From: Epiperipatus broadwayi
Taxonomy: Eukaryota > Animalia > Onychophora
Direction of reading: 5' to 3'
DNA: 64,000 nt
Assembly: GCA_028023455.1 (NCBI GenBank)
Contig: JAQFVV010000003.1
Span: 13,206,001-13,270,000 of the forward strand
A model generated the notes under the pieces. The model did no database searches. It saw nothing but the letters and a program-made list of their open reading frames with translations, and was not told the origin of the DNA. How positions within the stretch are numbered: position 1 is the first letter of the stretch; the number at the start of each line of letters is the position of its first letter. The position numbers and the translations under genes are program-made. Shown here one piece after another: positions 52,640 to 64,000 of the stretch.

Positions 52640-53149
52640 AATCTATGATATCAGTTAAAAATTAATTTAATATACATCTATTATATATATTTATAAAAAT
52701 TAAACATGAATATGTATAGTGAGTTTTGCCTGTTTTAATAAATACATATTATTGACTAATTGAATAAAAGATGAATAAAAGTTATTTTCTTAATTTACTA
52801 ATAATTATTTTTAATATTTACAACTAAATGATTCTTTTTAATCTTTTATTCACTTTCCATTTTCGTTTATCTCATAATTTGCGGTCACTTAGATTATTAT
52901 AAGGGTCAGTTATCATGAGTTTCTCCTGTCATCAGTTATCTTTTTATACTTTAATTATATGAACAGCAATTCTGATTTCAATCTTTTTCCTTTTCTAAAT
53001 TTTTTATTTCTTGTTTTTTTTCCCCACCAGAATATATCTATACTTGTTTATGGGTATCTTCATTACATTAGTACATTACATGCAAACACGATTATGCTGC
53101 AAATCATTCTGAAGAGATTAAAGCTTTATAATCATAAAAGAATTATCAG

Positions 53150-53720
53150 GTAAACAAGCTGATTTCAGAAAAGATCTATGAAAAAAGATATTAATGAACC
53201 AACATATGCTTTCTTGATTACAAGACTTTTGATAACTTTATTGAATTTAAGACTTTTGATTAAAGTGACCATGTTAAATATTTGAATGTTCTTAGAAAAG
53301 TGGATATTCCAGAATATTTCATTTACGATGAATTTGTTTAGGGAAATAGAACATACAGTTAAAATGAATTTTGGTGAAACAGACTGGATTCTCATTCACC
53401 AAAAAGTTAAGGAAAACTTCATATTGTCATTCTACTTATTCAACTTATATGCTGAATATACAATGAAAAAAAAACAGATTGGGAGATAAGTATTAGTGTG
53501 TGGGGGGGATAATATCATATTTAAAACTTCAAATTGTGATCCAGTAGGAAAATTGGAGAATGAACTGAAAAGATGTGATAGTTATAGTTAATATGGAAAA
53601 AGTAAAAAAATTATGATAACAAAGGCAGCAATTAAAGGTAAAAATTATGAACATATAAAAATTGTTTATAGTTTTTCTTCCTTAGATTATTCATCAACAC
53701 AAAAGCTTTTGAAGAGATTT
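53150..53720 (+). mobile_element. RTE-BovB-like LINE RT remnant
   Basis: GETDWILIHQKVKENFILSFYLFNLYAEYTMK matches the BovB-type GETDWF.I.KGVRQGCILSPYLFNLYAEYIM pattern. Confidence 0.8.
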
Positions 53721-56700
53721 ACCAGGCTAAGTTATAAAAAAAATTGTTGAATATAAGGATATACAAAGCTTAGATTTATTAGAAGTAAAAAATATTGATA
53801 TTTTTGAAAACCTAAGACAATAGGAACATAAACACACAGATATGTTATCATATGAAATCTAAATTTTTACTTGAAGAATGAATGGATAGATTGCATTTGT
53901 TTATTTTGACCATAATATAAAATATTATAATTTATTATACAGGTTTATAATGCTTGGAAATATTAAAAATGAAATAAAAAGAGGTTGACCAGTAACATAG
54001 ATAGGTTCCATCATTATAGCAAAGAAAAAATTGAATACTAGAGAAATATTATTCACATGATTATCAAAAATCAAAGGCAACAAATAATAATACAAAAGGT
54101 AGTTAAATCTATGATATTTTTTATGCTAATGTCATGCATTAACTCAATGTATATTATGCAATAATTTGATTTGTCTTTCTTTTCTTTTTTTTGCACATCA
54201 CTATTAAGATAACATGAAAACAAAGATGGCATTTTCTATTTAAGAAACTTGTTATACATTAGATCAGATGAATTGGATATATATTATAAAAGATGATATC
54301 TTTAATTTCTGCATTCTTATACAATGTGACAACAAATGAACATTCAGTGAATTTCACTATGAAACCAGAATGGTATAACACTTGATTAAAAATTGTAATC
54401 AATATTTATCATCTACCATTTGCACATCCAATTTGTTCAGATAATTAATTTTTTTTTTATAGTTGATCACTGAGAAAGAAAAGCCTATAAACTTATCATT
54501 ATTAAAAATAATAAGTTTTGATGAATTATGCTCTTTTTAATGAAGCATTGGATTCCCATAGACCCAAATTAATATCATCATTAACTGCCATCTTATATTA
54601 AATTCAGGAAATAAATCATCAAAGTACCAATATAATAACATTTAGCAATGGATTATTGATTTGTTCACATCCTGAAAGCAATATTTTTCATTCCATTTGA
54701 ATACACAGAATTTTATAGAACATATTGCTAGAAGAGATATAATATATTGATGAGTAATTGAAGTCTTAAACTGAATCCCAAAAAATTGTAAAGAAACAAA
54801 AACTTAGAAGAAAATTACATATCATGATAGATACATGAAATAAAGAAGTTTATTATTATAATCTGGTTAAGATACTTGGAGAGACTTTTATCCTACAGTT
54901 GAAAATGATGATGATAGATCCTTTATAAATTGGTCAAAGCAATCGAAAATCAAAATAGCCATTCCATTTAATTGCCTAATTTAAGACTTTTAATCATTTT
55001 TCTCACTTAATAACTAGTTCAGAAATCTTTATTCTATCAGCAGGTGATTAAGAGTAGTACAATCTTTAATAAAAATACCCTATTAGAGAGTGAAGCTTTT
55101 TCGATATTGTTCCACAGAGACTATTTAGTAGAAGGCAATAAGCATCAAGCTATTCTCTCAGTTGGAATATTTTTGATGATTTTTTCTTTCGTTGATTTAT
55201 CTCCTAATTAAAATTAGATAGATATTGACCTATTGATTATGAGAGTTCGTTACCTGGGGGAAAAAAATCCTAAACTACCTGCCAAAATTCAAACTCTAAT
55301 TTCTGATTTAAACATCAAATTTTATTCATGGCCTGTTACACTATAAACTCTAAGCGCTAAGCAATTATTATTTCGTAATATAGCTTCACGTATGTGCGTT
55401 TCAAGAGCAATATACAGTATAAGCTTCAACTTATAAATTTACTTCAACTTTAAAATTTAACTGTGAACAAATTTAGCAATAATTTTTTTTAAAAAATTTC
55501 TAATTAGCTTTAGAAGTTGCCAATTCTTTAAATGGTAGAGAGAGAGAGAGAAAAAAAAAACTAATCAGACAGCTAAGGTATGAAATTTTCCATTTATATA
55601 TGCCAAACGCCTTTAATGTAAATATTCGAAACTAAATATCACCTTTTTTTTTTAATTTTATCTTTTCATGTTAACCAAACATATGATTTGGGTTACACCT
55701 TTATTTATTAGTTTTTAAATGACCTCATTATTTTGTTACCTAATAAGGATCACGTCTATTACTTCCTTTTTTCATTCATTAAAACAACAACAATAATATG
55801 TAAATATAAACGAAAATTGTAATAGATTTAAATATTTTTCTGTTTTAAATTACAGTCTTTCAAGATTTTAAAAATTCGTGTTTTAACCAACCTATTTATT
55901 CTGAATCTGTTTATTTTTTCTTTAATTATACATACATTTTTTTTTTTTTTTTGTACGAAAGCAGCTTAATCAGACAAAAATGTATTATGACAAGCAATAA
56001 CATTTGATCATCATCAATAAGTTTACTGCTAATTTCCAACTCTTAATACAACAGATTCTCTTATTTCAATTTCAGAATTGTATCATAAACTTTAATGAAC
56101 TTGTTATTTATTAAATTCTCATTATATTTATATATCTTAAAGTCAGATAATGAACCTTAGCCATTTTTGTATTCGCAAAAATATTTTAAGTAAATAAAGA
56201 TTTAAATATTTTTATCGATATGAATGACATTTATTTTTCTTCTGTAGAAAAGTCATCTCAGTCAAAAATAACCTTTTCGCAAATTGAAGATAGATAAGTT
56301 AACCATTTTTCGGCCGTGAAATCGTAGCAGTTTTTTTTTTTCATTTAACCTTGAGTTCTTGTGTCCATTCCTCTGACAGCTTATCTAAACTGCTCAAGAC
56401 ATCTTTATTTGTGCATGTTAGGAAAGAAAATACATTTGTTGTATACACACTTTCACTTAGTCTTCTCTTTATACACACTTCCACTTAGTCCTCTCTTTAT
56501 ATATACAGCATATATAAATACAGGAGTAAGCATATAAAATAAAACTTTATCTAGTTAATTCCTTTTTGTTGGCAAGCAATGGAATATCTATGATGATTAC
56601 CATCACTTAATCATAACACTCTGTTGCCTAGTTACTTTACCGTTTTCAGGAAGAGAATTTAATACACATGTGTATATCCTTTAAGCACCATAATTCATTG

Positions 56701-57699
56701 GCAATTAATGTCTTCAGTTATATATCCTTAAGCTTATGTTAGTTTGGTTACCATCATATGGCATTCAAGGACCAAAAGTAACAGTTTACGCTTTGATCCA
56801 AAACCTTTAGCTTTCAAGTTCATTGTTTTACCACATTGCAATGGCATGATCAATCTGTAAGAATAAAGCAAAATAATCTAAAATTTATATATTATTTAGA
56901 ATTTTTTTTTTCATTCTGTGTGTAATTAGAATGGGAGAGTATTAATTTGACACTGCTGGGGTTTCAGTTTTACTCAGCATAAAATTGATAAAAGTTTAAC
57001 TTTATTTAAGATATATCCCATAGCACTACTACCATAAGCTCATGCAATTTCAATCAACAATTAGTTTTTGAGTAAAGAAAATAGTATAGTTTCATTAAGA
57101 CCGACACCTCTTTCTTTTTTCTTTTTTTATTCTAAAAATTACAGCTGAAGCAGTGTGATAGTTTAGACAGACATCCATGACATTTTGCAGCTAATTAATT
57201 TTTTTTTCTTAAAGGTCATTAGATTTTCATTATTTTCTGCTCAATGACTATGTTATTCAGTTACTTAAACAATCTGTGTCAACTGATATGTATCTGGCAC
57301 TAGGTCAGCAACTTTAAATATTAGTGACTTCATTTAGAAGAGAGATAATATTGCAATGAACTAAAATAAGTGCATTTTTTTTTCACTATCCATTTACTAA
57401 AAGGTCAAAATTATTTGCAGTTAGTGTACAACTGATGTCATTGATGTATATTTAATTATACTCTTTCTTATACATCTATGCAAGTTTCAAAATTTTGAAG
57501 AGTAGAAAAAGAATGAAAGTGTTCATTGAATGGAGTCAAAGAAAATATGATACAAAAAGATGGCTATTTGTATTTTTATATTGGACTATTTCCATCATCT
57601 AATATGTGTATTGAATGTCTTCAAAAAAAATTAACTTTATTTAAATAGTCCAAATACATTCCACTGTTAGTAATAGCACATCAAACAAATTAGTACATG

Positions 57700-57741
57700 C
57701 ACAATGTTTTGAGAGGATTATTCTCCCCTTTTCTTCAGGTG
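57700..57741 (-). ncRNA. Degenerate solo hammerhead-like motif
   Basis: Minus strand: CAC-CTGAAGA-A-AAGGGGA gaataa TCCTCTC-aAAA-CA-TT-GTG; the deviations fit CpG decay of CGAAACGT. Confidence 0.45.
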
Positions 57742-60046
57742 TTGCTGGACTGACCAGTAACAGTACTAGCATGGGGTTTGAACCTGGACTCTTAGATTCT
57801 TGAGTATTGAATTTTTAAGGTAACATTCTAACCAACTAGTTAACCAGTAATCAACCATAAAAGACTGGAAGCACAGTTGATAAAATTAGTCATATACTTC
57901 AAATTTTAATACTATAAAGTTGATGTGGAGATGGTAAAAAAAACAGTGGCAGCCCATGAAATTTTTAAGCAGTGATGTTCTTTTACAGTATTCACCACCA
58001 AAATGTAAGCAAGGAAACTAAAATAGAGCATTTCTAATTTTGCAACTACATAATCATTTTATTTTTCCAATATCAATCATTGTTAAAAGTTCTTATGCAT
58101 ATTTATTTTTATTAACTGTTATTTGATGAATAATAATATCTGGAATAGATCCACCGTTACTTTTTATTTTAATTTTTTCATGTAATGAGAGTTGGGAAAA
58201 TATAATTATATATAGATATTCAACATTAACACCCATTGTGATAAATATTTAAAATAATATTTCTTTTATTATTTTGTTATATTTTTTGTAGTAGATATTT
58301 ATGTGTAAATTTATAAATGTTAATTGAAAAAAAAAAAAAAACACCCTAGAATATTTTATTGTGCATCCTAAATGAAAACAAAAATGTATTTGTTCTGAAG
58401 AGAAACCAGAATACATAAACATGCCATACTAAAATAACTATTAATACTGCAGATGTAAACAGCTCCAATGGTACTAATTATGCACATTGATAAAAGCAAA
58501 TGAATTCAAGTTTTTGAAATTCTCTGAATATGATGTTTCTGGCATTGTCACAATTAACAGTGTCTTTTAATAGAATGTCAAGCAAATTTAATCATTAATT
58601 TTTTTCTGGAGTGCTGCAGTACCACAGTACTTATACTATGACTAGTCACCATTGGTTAAAAAAAAGTATGTTGGTTTCTATATCTTTAAAAATGCATGAT
58701 TAAAGTTGGAAAGTATTTTTATGATACCTTATCAATTCAAACATACAAAAAGAAATGTTACTTCCATTTATGAAATACAGTTCATATTTCAGTTCATTCA
58801 TCTTTTTGAACATTTATGCAGGACATATATTTGATATTCTAGAGTAGGAGGCAAACTTTTTTTATGCTTTTTTAAAAATTATTTTAATTACAAAACATTT
58901 AGTTTGTACTAAATCATTGTCATCAATCTAAAACATTGGTTCTCAATTGATAGCATAAAGTGTCTTTGAGGATTATGTGGAAAATAATTACCAAAGACAG
59001 AAAAAGATTAAATTCAAACTTTTAAATGATTCTTCTCTTAAATTCTGATTTAAAAAAAAAAATATTATTACTTTCTGGATAGTTATCAGTGAAGAATATG
59101 ACCAGCTCAATGAGAAAGTATTCAAATATCTCTAGCTGGATTGCTATTCTACCTACATCTTCATAAAAAAAATAAATACCACAACAAGCTTAATGAAAAT
59201 ATGAATTTAAGACTATATCTTGTATCTTTTGAGCCTGACTTCAAAAACCTAAGCATCAAAGCCAGTTCAATGGTCATACTAACAATATTTCCATTGGCTA
59301 GTGATCTGTGTAATAATTATTACAGATTTTTCAGATATCACAAATATTAAATTAAGAACTTTCTAAATACTTTATTATCATTATTTAATATAAAGTTATA
59401 CTTATTTCATTTTTATTTTAACTTCACTGCTTATCTGTAATAACTTTGCATACATATGTTAGTATGCTTGATGAAATGGAAGGTTATTCTTCTTTTATCA
59501 ATTATTTGTTTGACTTAGTGCACTTTTGGTGCTAAGCACCATTATGCTTATTTCTATCTTATGAATATTGTAAAATCAAATCTGTGATTTGTACTTTTAG
59601 AGTTGTAATTTCCCTTTTCTAACTCATTATCCCATTTCTACTACTTTACATTAAGTTAGGCATTGAATAAAAGCATCAGTATTTTTTTTTTTAAAAAAAA
59701 AAACAGCTATTATTTTAAAAACAATTGGTTTAAAAGAGGTACATAAGTGCTAAAAGATTGGGAAACACTGGTATAAAATATAAAATATAAATTTTACAAT
59801 ATACATTTTGTACAATGTGTATTTCAAAACTATTATATTTAGGTACTTCATTTATAAGTCATTTTTCTATTTTTAGACCAATGATGATGGTGAAACACAT
59901 TTGAAAGATAATAATAATTGCAAATATATAGTTTGTTATTATTTTTAAATATTTTTAAGTGACAGCACATTTTTGAGACTGTGTTCATATATGTATGTAT
60001 ATTTGAAAAAATAAAATTCAATTATCAAGCTTGTATTACAAATGTT

Positions 60047-60303
60047 ATCTAATGAGGTTGCTAACAGCTCTTAATAAGCTTTTCAGAATATCCCAACCTC
60101 AGACTAGTTTCTGCTTCTAGCTTCCTCAGTGAGATGCTAGGATATTCAAGCATTAGATTTAAAATACCAGTTCAAACCCAGCACTTTATCTAATGGTTAG
60201 CTATTAAATAGAAAATCACTGAGGAAGCCAGGAGCAGAAACAGGTCTGGGATTGGGGACATTCTGAAAAGCTTGTTAAGAGTTATTGGTAAGCTCATTAG
60301 ATT
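60047..60303. mobile_element. Family B fold-back (arms ~60047-60132 and ~60216-60303), one HHR per arm
   Basis: Left arm minus strand: CTCA-CTGAGGA-A-GCT aga AGC-A-GAAA-CTAG-TC-TGAG, intact core. Right arm plus strand: TCA-CTGAGGA-A-GCcaggaGC-A-GAAA-CAGG-TC-TGG. Confidence 0.88.
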
Positions 60304-61031
60304 ATTTATATATATAAAGTAATTCCAAAACTATTTTACAAAAGAATGAGTTTGAATTACATCTATTTTGTTTTTGTGGTAGACACTTTCTTTTATAAAT
60401 GCATCTCAAATATTATAACCAATATTGGCATGTAGTGTTAATGCCTATGTAGATATATACACACATAAAGTTTCAAAGTTTATTTTTATAGAAAATGATG
60501 CATTAAAATTATTAATATATTTATTTGTGATTTTTTAAAATAGTAAATAAACTTCAGTAAATAAACTTTAGTACTTGACTATTTTTATTAATAATAGTTT
60601 TGTTTCCTTCATAGTTATAAATTTGTACTCATCCATGTTTAGAGTTCCCTTTTTATTCCATTGACTTGTTCTAAAAGAAAAATCATGTTAGTGCATTTAA
60701 AGACAAGTAAGGATTGTGTCTGTCCAACTAAAAATCATCTAGATTCATTTCTGATGAGTAATGGACCAGATATCTTGAAGAAATCCAAACTTATTCAAAA
60801 ATATTCATCTGGGTCAAAAACTTTCATTCATCTTCCAAATTTATAATATTAAATCATAAGCTAATACACCTAAGGTATAAAGCCTTCCATATCATTAATA
60901 ATTGATGTAATTGGATAATCTCTTTGCTGCAGCTAAAAAGCTTAGAACATTTGTAATAAAGTCATCTTCTTGTATAGCATAATAGAAACAGAGGTGGTTG
61001 TTGAATTGATACATGAAATCCAGTATTTCTT

Positions 61032-61127
61032 GTCAAGCATTGGTAGCTGAGAGGTCAACACAGCTGTCTTGCAAGCAGTTGCTTGCAATCAGTTGTTGCG
61101 GGTTCACTTCCTGGCCGAAGCTTTGAC
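61032..61127 (+). other. tRNA-like remnant (tRNA-derived SINE head or tRNA pseudogene)
   Basis: A-box-like TAGCTGAGAGG, anticodon-like ctgtcTTGCAAgcag, T-arm-like gcgGGTTCacttcctggc; closing gtcaagc/gctttgac stem. Confidence 0.45.
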
Positions 61128-61989
61128 ATATGGAAAAAATCCAGTATTTTTTATTAACCAGAAATAGCTCACCAATTGGAGACCATTGATTATTTTTGCT
61201 TTCATAAATGATATTAAGAACAGTGGTGCAAAGTGGATTAATACCATTAATGCATATTTCAAATTAATGATAGTCACATGATGCTTTGATTTGATAAATG
61301 CTTGTGTTTACTGCATTAGTACGAAGAAATGAATGAACATTTCACTATAATGAAAATTATTTGAAATCAAATGTCTCTGCTTTCAGATTTTTTATGCTTG
61401 ATTTTATAAAAAAAAAAAAACAAATTTAAACAAATCAATAATAATATATTAACACATCAATATTGTATAAAAGCAAAGAGAGATGCATGTATAAAAAGAT
61501 TCATGTATATTATCACACAATAATTAATATTATTAAAACAGGCAAAACTCTCTATACATATTGCCACTCATGTTATGTTTATTGGCTTAATAATTAACAT
61601 TGTCACATGCTTTCTTCCACGATATACCATAACCTGGTATTCAAATTCTTAATGAAGTTTGAATTTTTTTTCAAATAATAAGGGATTTACAAGCGCGTTT
61701 GGGCTTATTTGGGATATCAGTTTTTAAACAACTTATATAGCCATTCATTATTGGTCAGAAAATGAGTGTATAACTATTTCAAAACAAGAATAAAAGAATA
61801 TCCTGACAATCTAGGTAGGTTAGATGGCATTCTATAGTTTCATATTTTGTAACTTCTGATATCAATTCAAACGAAAATAAAAAGATTACATTTATAGATA
61901 GTCTTTTGTTCATAGTTAACTAAATGTACACATGCACATAAGTGTGAGCTGGTTAGGTTGTGGTTATATTGTTGGGTTAGATTGAATGC

Positions 61990-62075
61990 CTTAGTTTTTT
62001 CGATCCTTCCTGTCAGCCGCGGATGGCGCGATTTCTAACCAAAAACACATTAATATAACGTTCCCGGGCTAGCAA
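61990..62075. promoter_or_regulatory. CpG-dense islet, candidate promoter or enhancer
   Basis: Seven CpG in ~70 bp (cgatccttcctgtcagccgcggatggcgcg...aacgttcccggg), with ETS-like CTTCCTGT and YY1-like GATGGCG, in otherwise CpG-poor DNA. Confidence 0.4.
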
Positions 62076-64000
62076 TTATCTATTAATATGACTTTTTTTG
62101 TTTGTTTGTTTACAAAGTTTACTTTCTTTCGTTTCTGAATTATTTTTCTCAAATAATATTTTTGATGATGGGATAATAATAGTTTTTTTTTTTTTTTAAT
62201 TTTTATTGATAAGAGGGTGTTTTTTGGTGTGTGTTCAAATAGTAATTTGTGGTTTTTTTTTAAATAGTATTACTGTTTTTGTAAAATTGGATTGAAATTA
62301 AGTATGATCACCTTCAATTTAATTCTTTGTAAATTAATACACAATTGCATACTGGTAAGCTGCAAAATATTTGCAGTATAGTTTTTGTGGAAGTTCTATT
62401 GAGTTAAAGATAAAGATAAAATGATCATACCTATAGAAGAATTACATCTCCATCAATAGCAAAAGCTGTATAATGTTATAATCATATCAATAGCTTACTC
62501 ATGCTTTCAATAGTATAAATAAGCTGAAAGTCATTAGCATAAAATAGAAGTCACTAAAATATTTAATTACTGGTCTGATTTTTGATGTATATAATTATGC
62601 AAGTGAGCTATCTTGGTTTCAATATATATATATATTCAGATAAGGGTACAATAGATGGTTCTGGAATAAGGTGACTTTCTTTTGATTTTATAGTCAACAC
62701 ATTGGTGCTTATCTAATCAACTGAGATAAGGAACATTATCTTCCATTAACTATTTACAAATCAATATTATATAGCTATCTGGGTTGAGTACAAAAAACTA
62801 CTTGGATTAAAAAATTATAATATTTACTGTAATCTAAAAAAAATTTCAAGATTAATCAGGCAGATTTAAATGCCAAGTTTTTGGTATCAAGCATATTCCA
62901 TTATTACTATACAGCATTCATTGAACATAAATTTGAACTTTGAGCAGAGGTAATTCAAAGTTCAAGATGACATATTATAGATTTTTTTTGTAAGGTAAGA
63001 ATTTCCTGAATATAGGTAGAATTTTTATCACATAATCAGTCCATACTTAAATAAATTAGCCATTTAATATTGATAAAGAAATGAATATTGATCTAGATAA
63101 GATTACTTGATCAAATAAACATTAGTGTTTTAATAGAAGTAAAAAAAAAAAACATGATTGTAATATCTTCATCATTAGTAAAATAATTATTATATAATTA
63201 TGAATTTTGAGCACCAGTTAAATTTTATCATCCTGTAGGATTTATTTATTGCATTTCCTGACTTATTAAGTGTAATAATCCCAAAGGTAGAAATAAAACT
63301 AGTTTTCTTCTTACTTTCAGCGTTACTATAGAATTATCATTAGATATTCTGATTAAACTTATTCATGTGCAGTTCTAAATCTTAGTTATATTATTTATTC
63401 ATCACATGTTTATTAATAGGATTACTATTAACAGCTATTACTTATACATTGTTAATAGTTTATAGAATTAAACTTTCAAATGCCAGCTATATTAAATACA
63501 ACACCTTGTAATATCAAAATCTAAATACAAATCAGATGAAAAATAGATCTATAGAATCTGTGATCCATGTTACTATATAAATTGATTGTCCACAGTTTTA
63601 GTTATTATTGTCTAAATCTATCATCCATGTAGCATTGTGGACAAGGAATGGAAATAACTTTCAAGTATTAGCTATAATAAATGTAATATCTCTTATTATC
63701 AAAAGTTAATTACAAAGCAAATGAAAAATGGATCAATTCCCATTCTTTGGACATATATTATGTAGATGGTGGATTTAGACAATGATAACTAGGATTGTGA
63801 ATGTTCAATTCCTATAAAAACATTAACCACAAGCTGAAATGTCATTTTTCATCTGCTTTATAGTTAGATTTGGACCCAGAAAGTTTGTTGCATTTAAAAT
63901 TGCAAATGTGCCTGCAATTTTACTTTTTAAAAATATTATATATTGTTTAGTACTGTATATTTGAAAATGTACATACGTGAATATGCGAATTTTAACATAT

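Overview
Very AT-rich, CpG-depleted animal genomic DNA (arthropod-like, possibly chelicerate; the taxon is an inference). It holds one intact protein-coding gene: a three-exon MAP-kinase phosphatase of the DUSP6/7/9 (Mkp3) group on the minus strand (35842-33505, 373 aa), lying in a CpG-retaining island with an ETS-motif-rich second intron. The rest is intergenic. It contains a decayed Penelope-like element (RT + GIY-YIG) with a second Penelope 3' fragment nested in its linker, a decayed RTE-type LINE with a ~640 bp internal tandem duplication, a near full-length LINE whose ORF1 has PHD and SGNH-esterase domains, and several LINE/SINE scraps. The most notable signal is a set of unrelated non-coding repeat families built as tandem 290-450 bp units and/or fold-back palindromes. 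Several carry minimal type I hammerhead ribozyme (HHR) motifs: a CTGANGA or TTGAAAA core, stem II, GAAA, a palindromic helix III and a cleavage triplet. Wherever a ribozyme is visible, both arms point outward from the centre. These are candidate retrozyme-like, Penelope-dependent elements predicted to give ~442-453 nt self-cleaved monomers or circular RNAs. All structures were read by eye; none was computed or tested.
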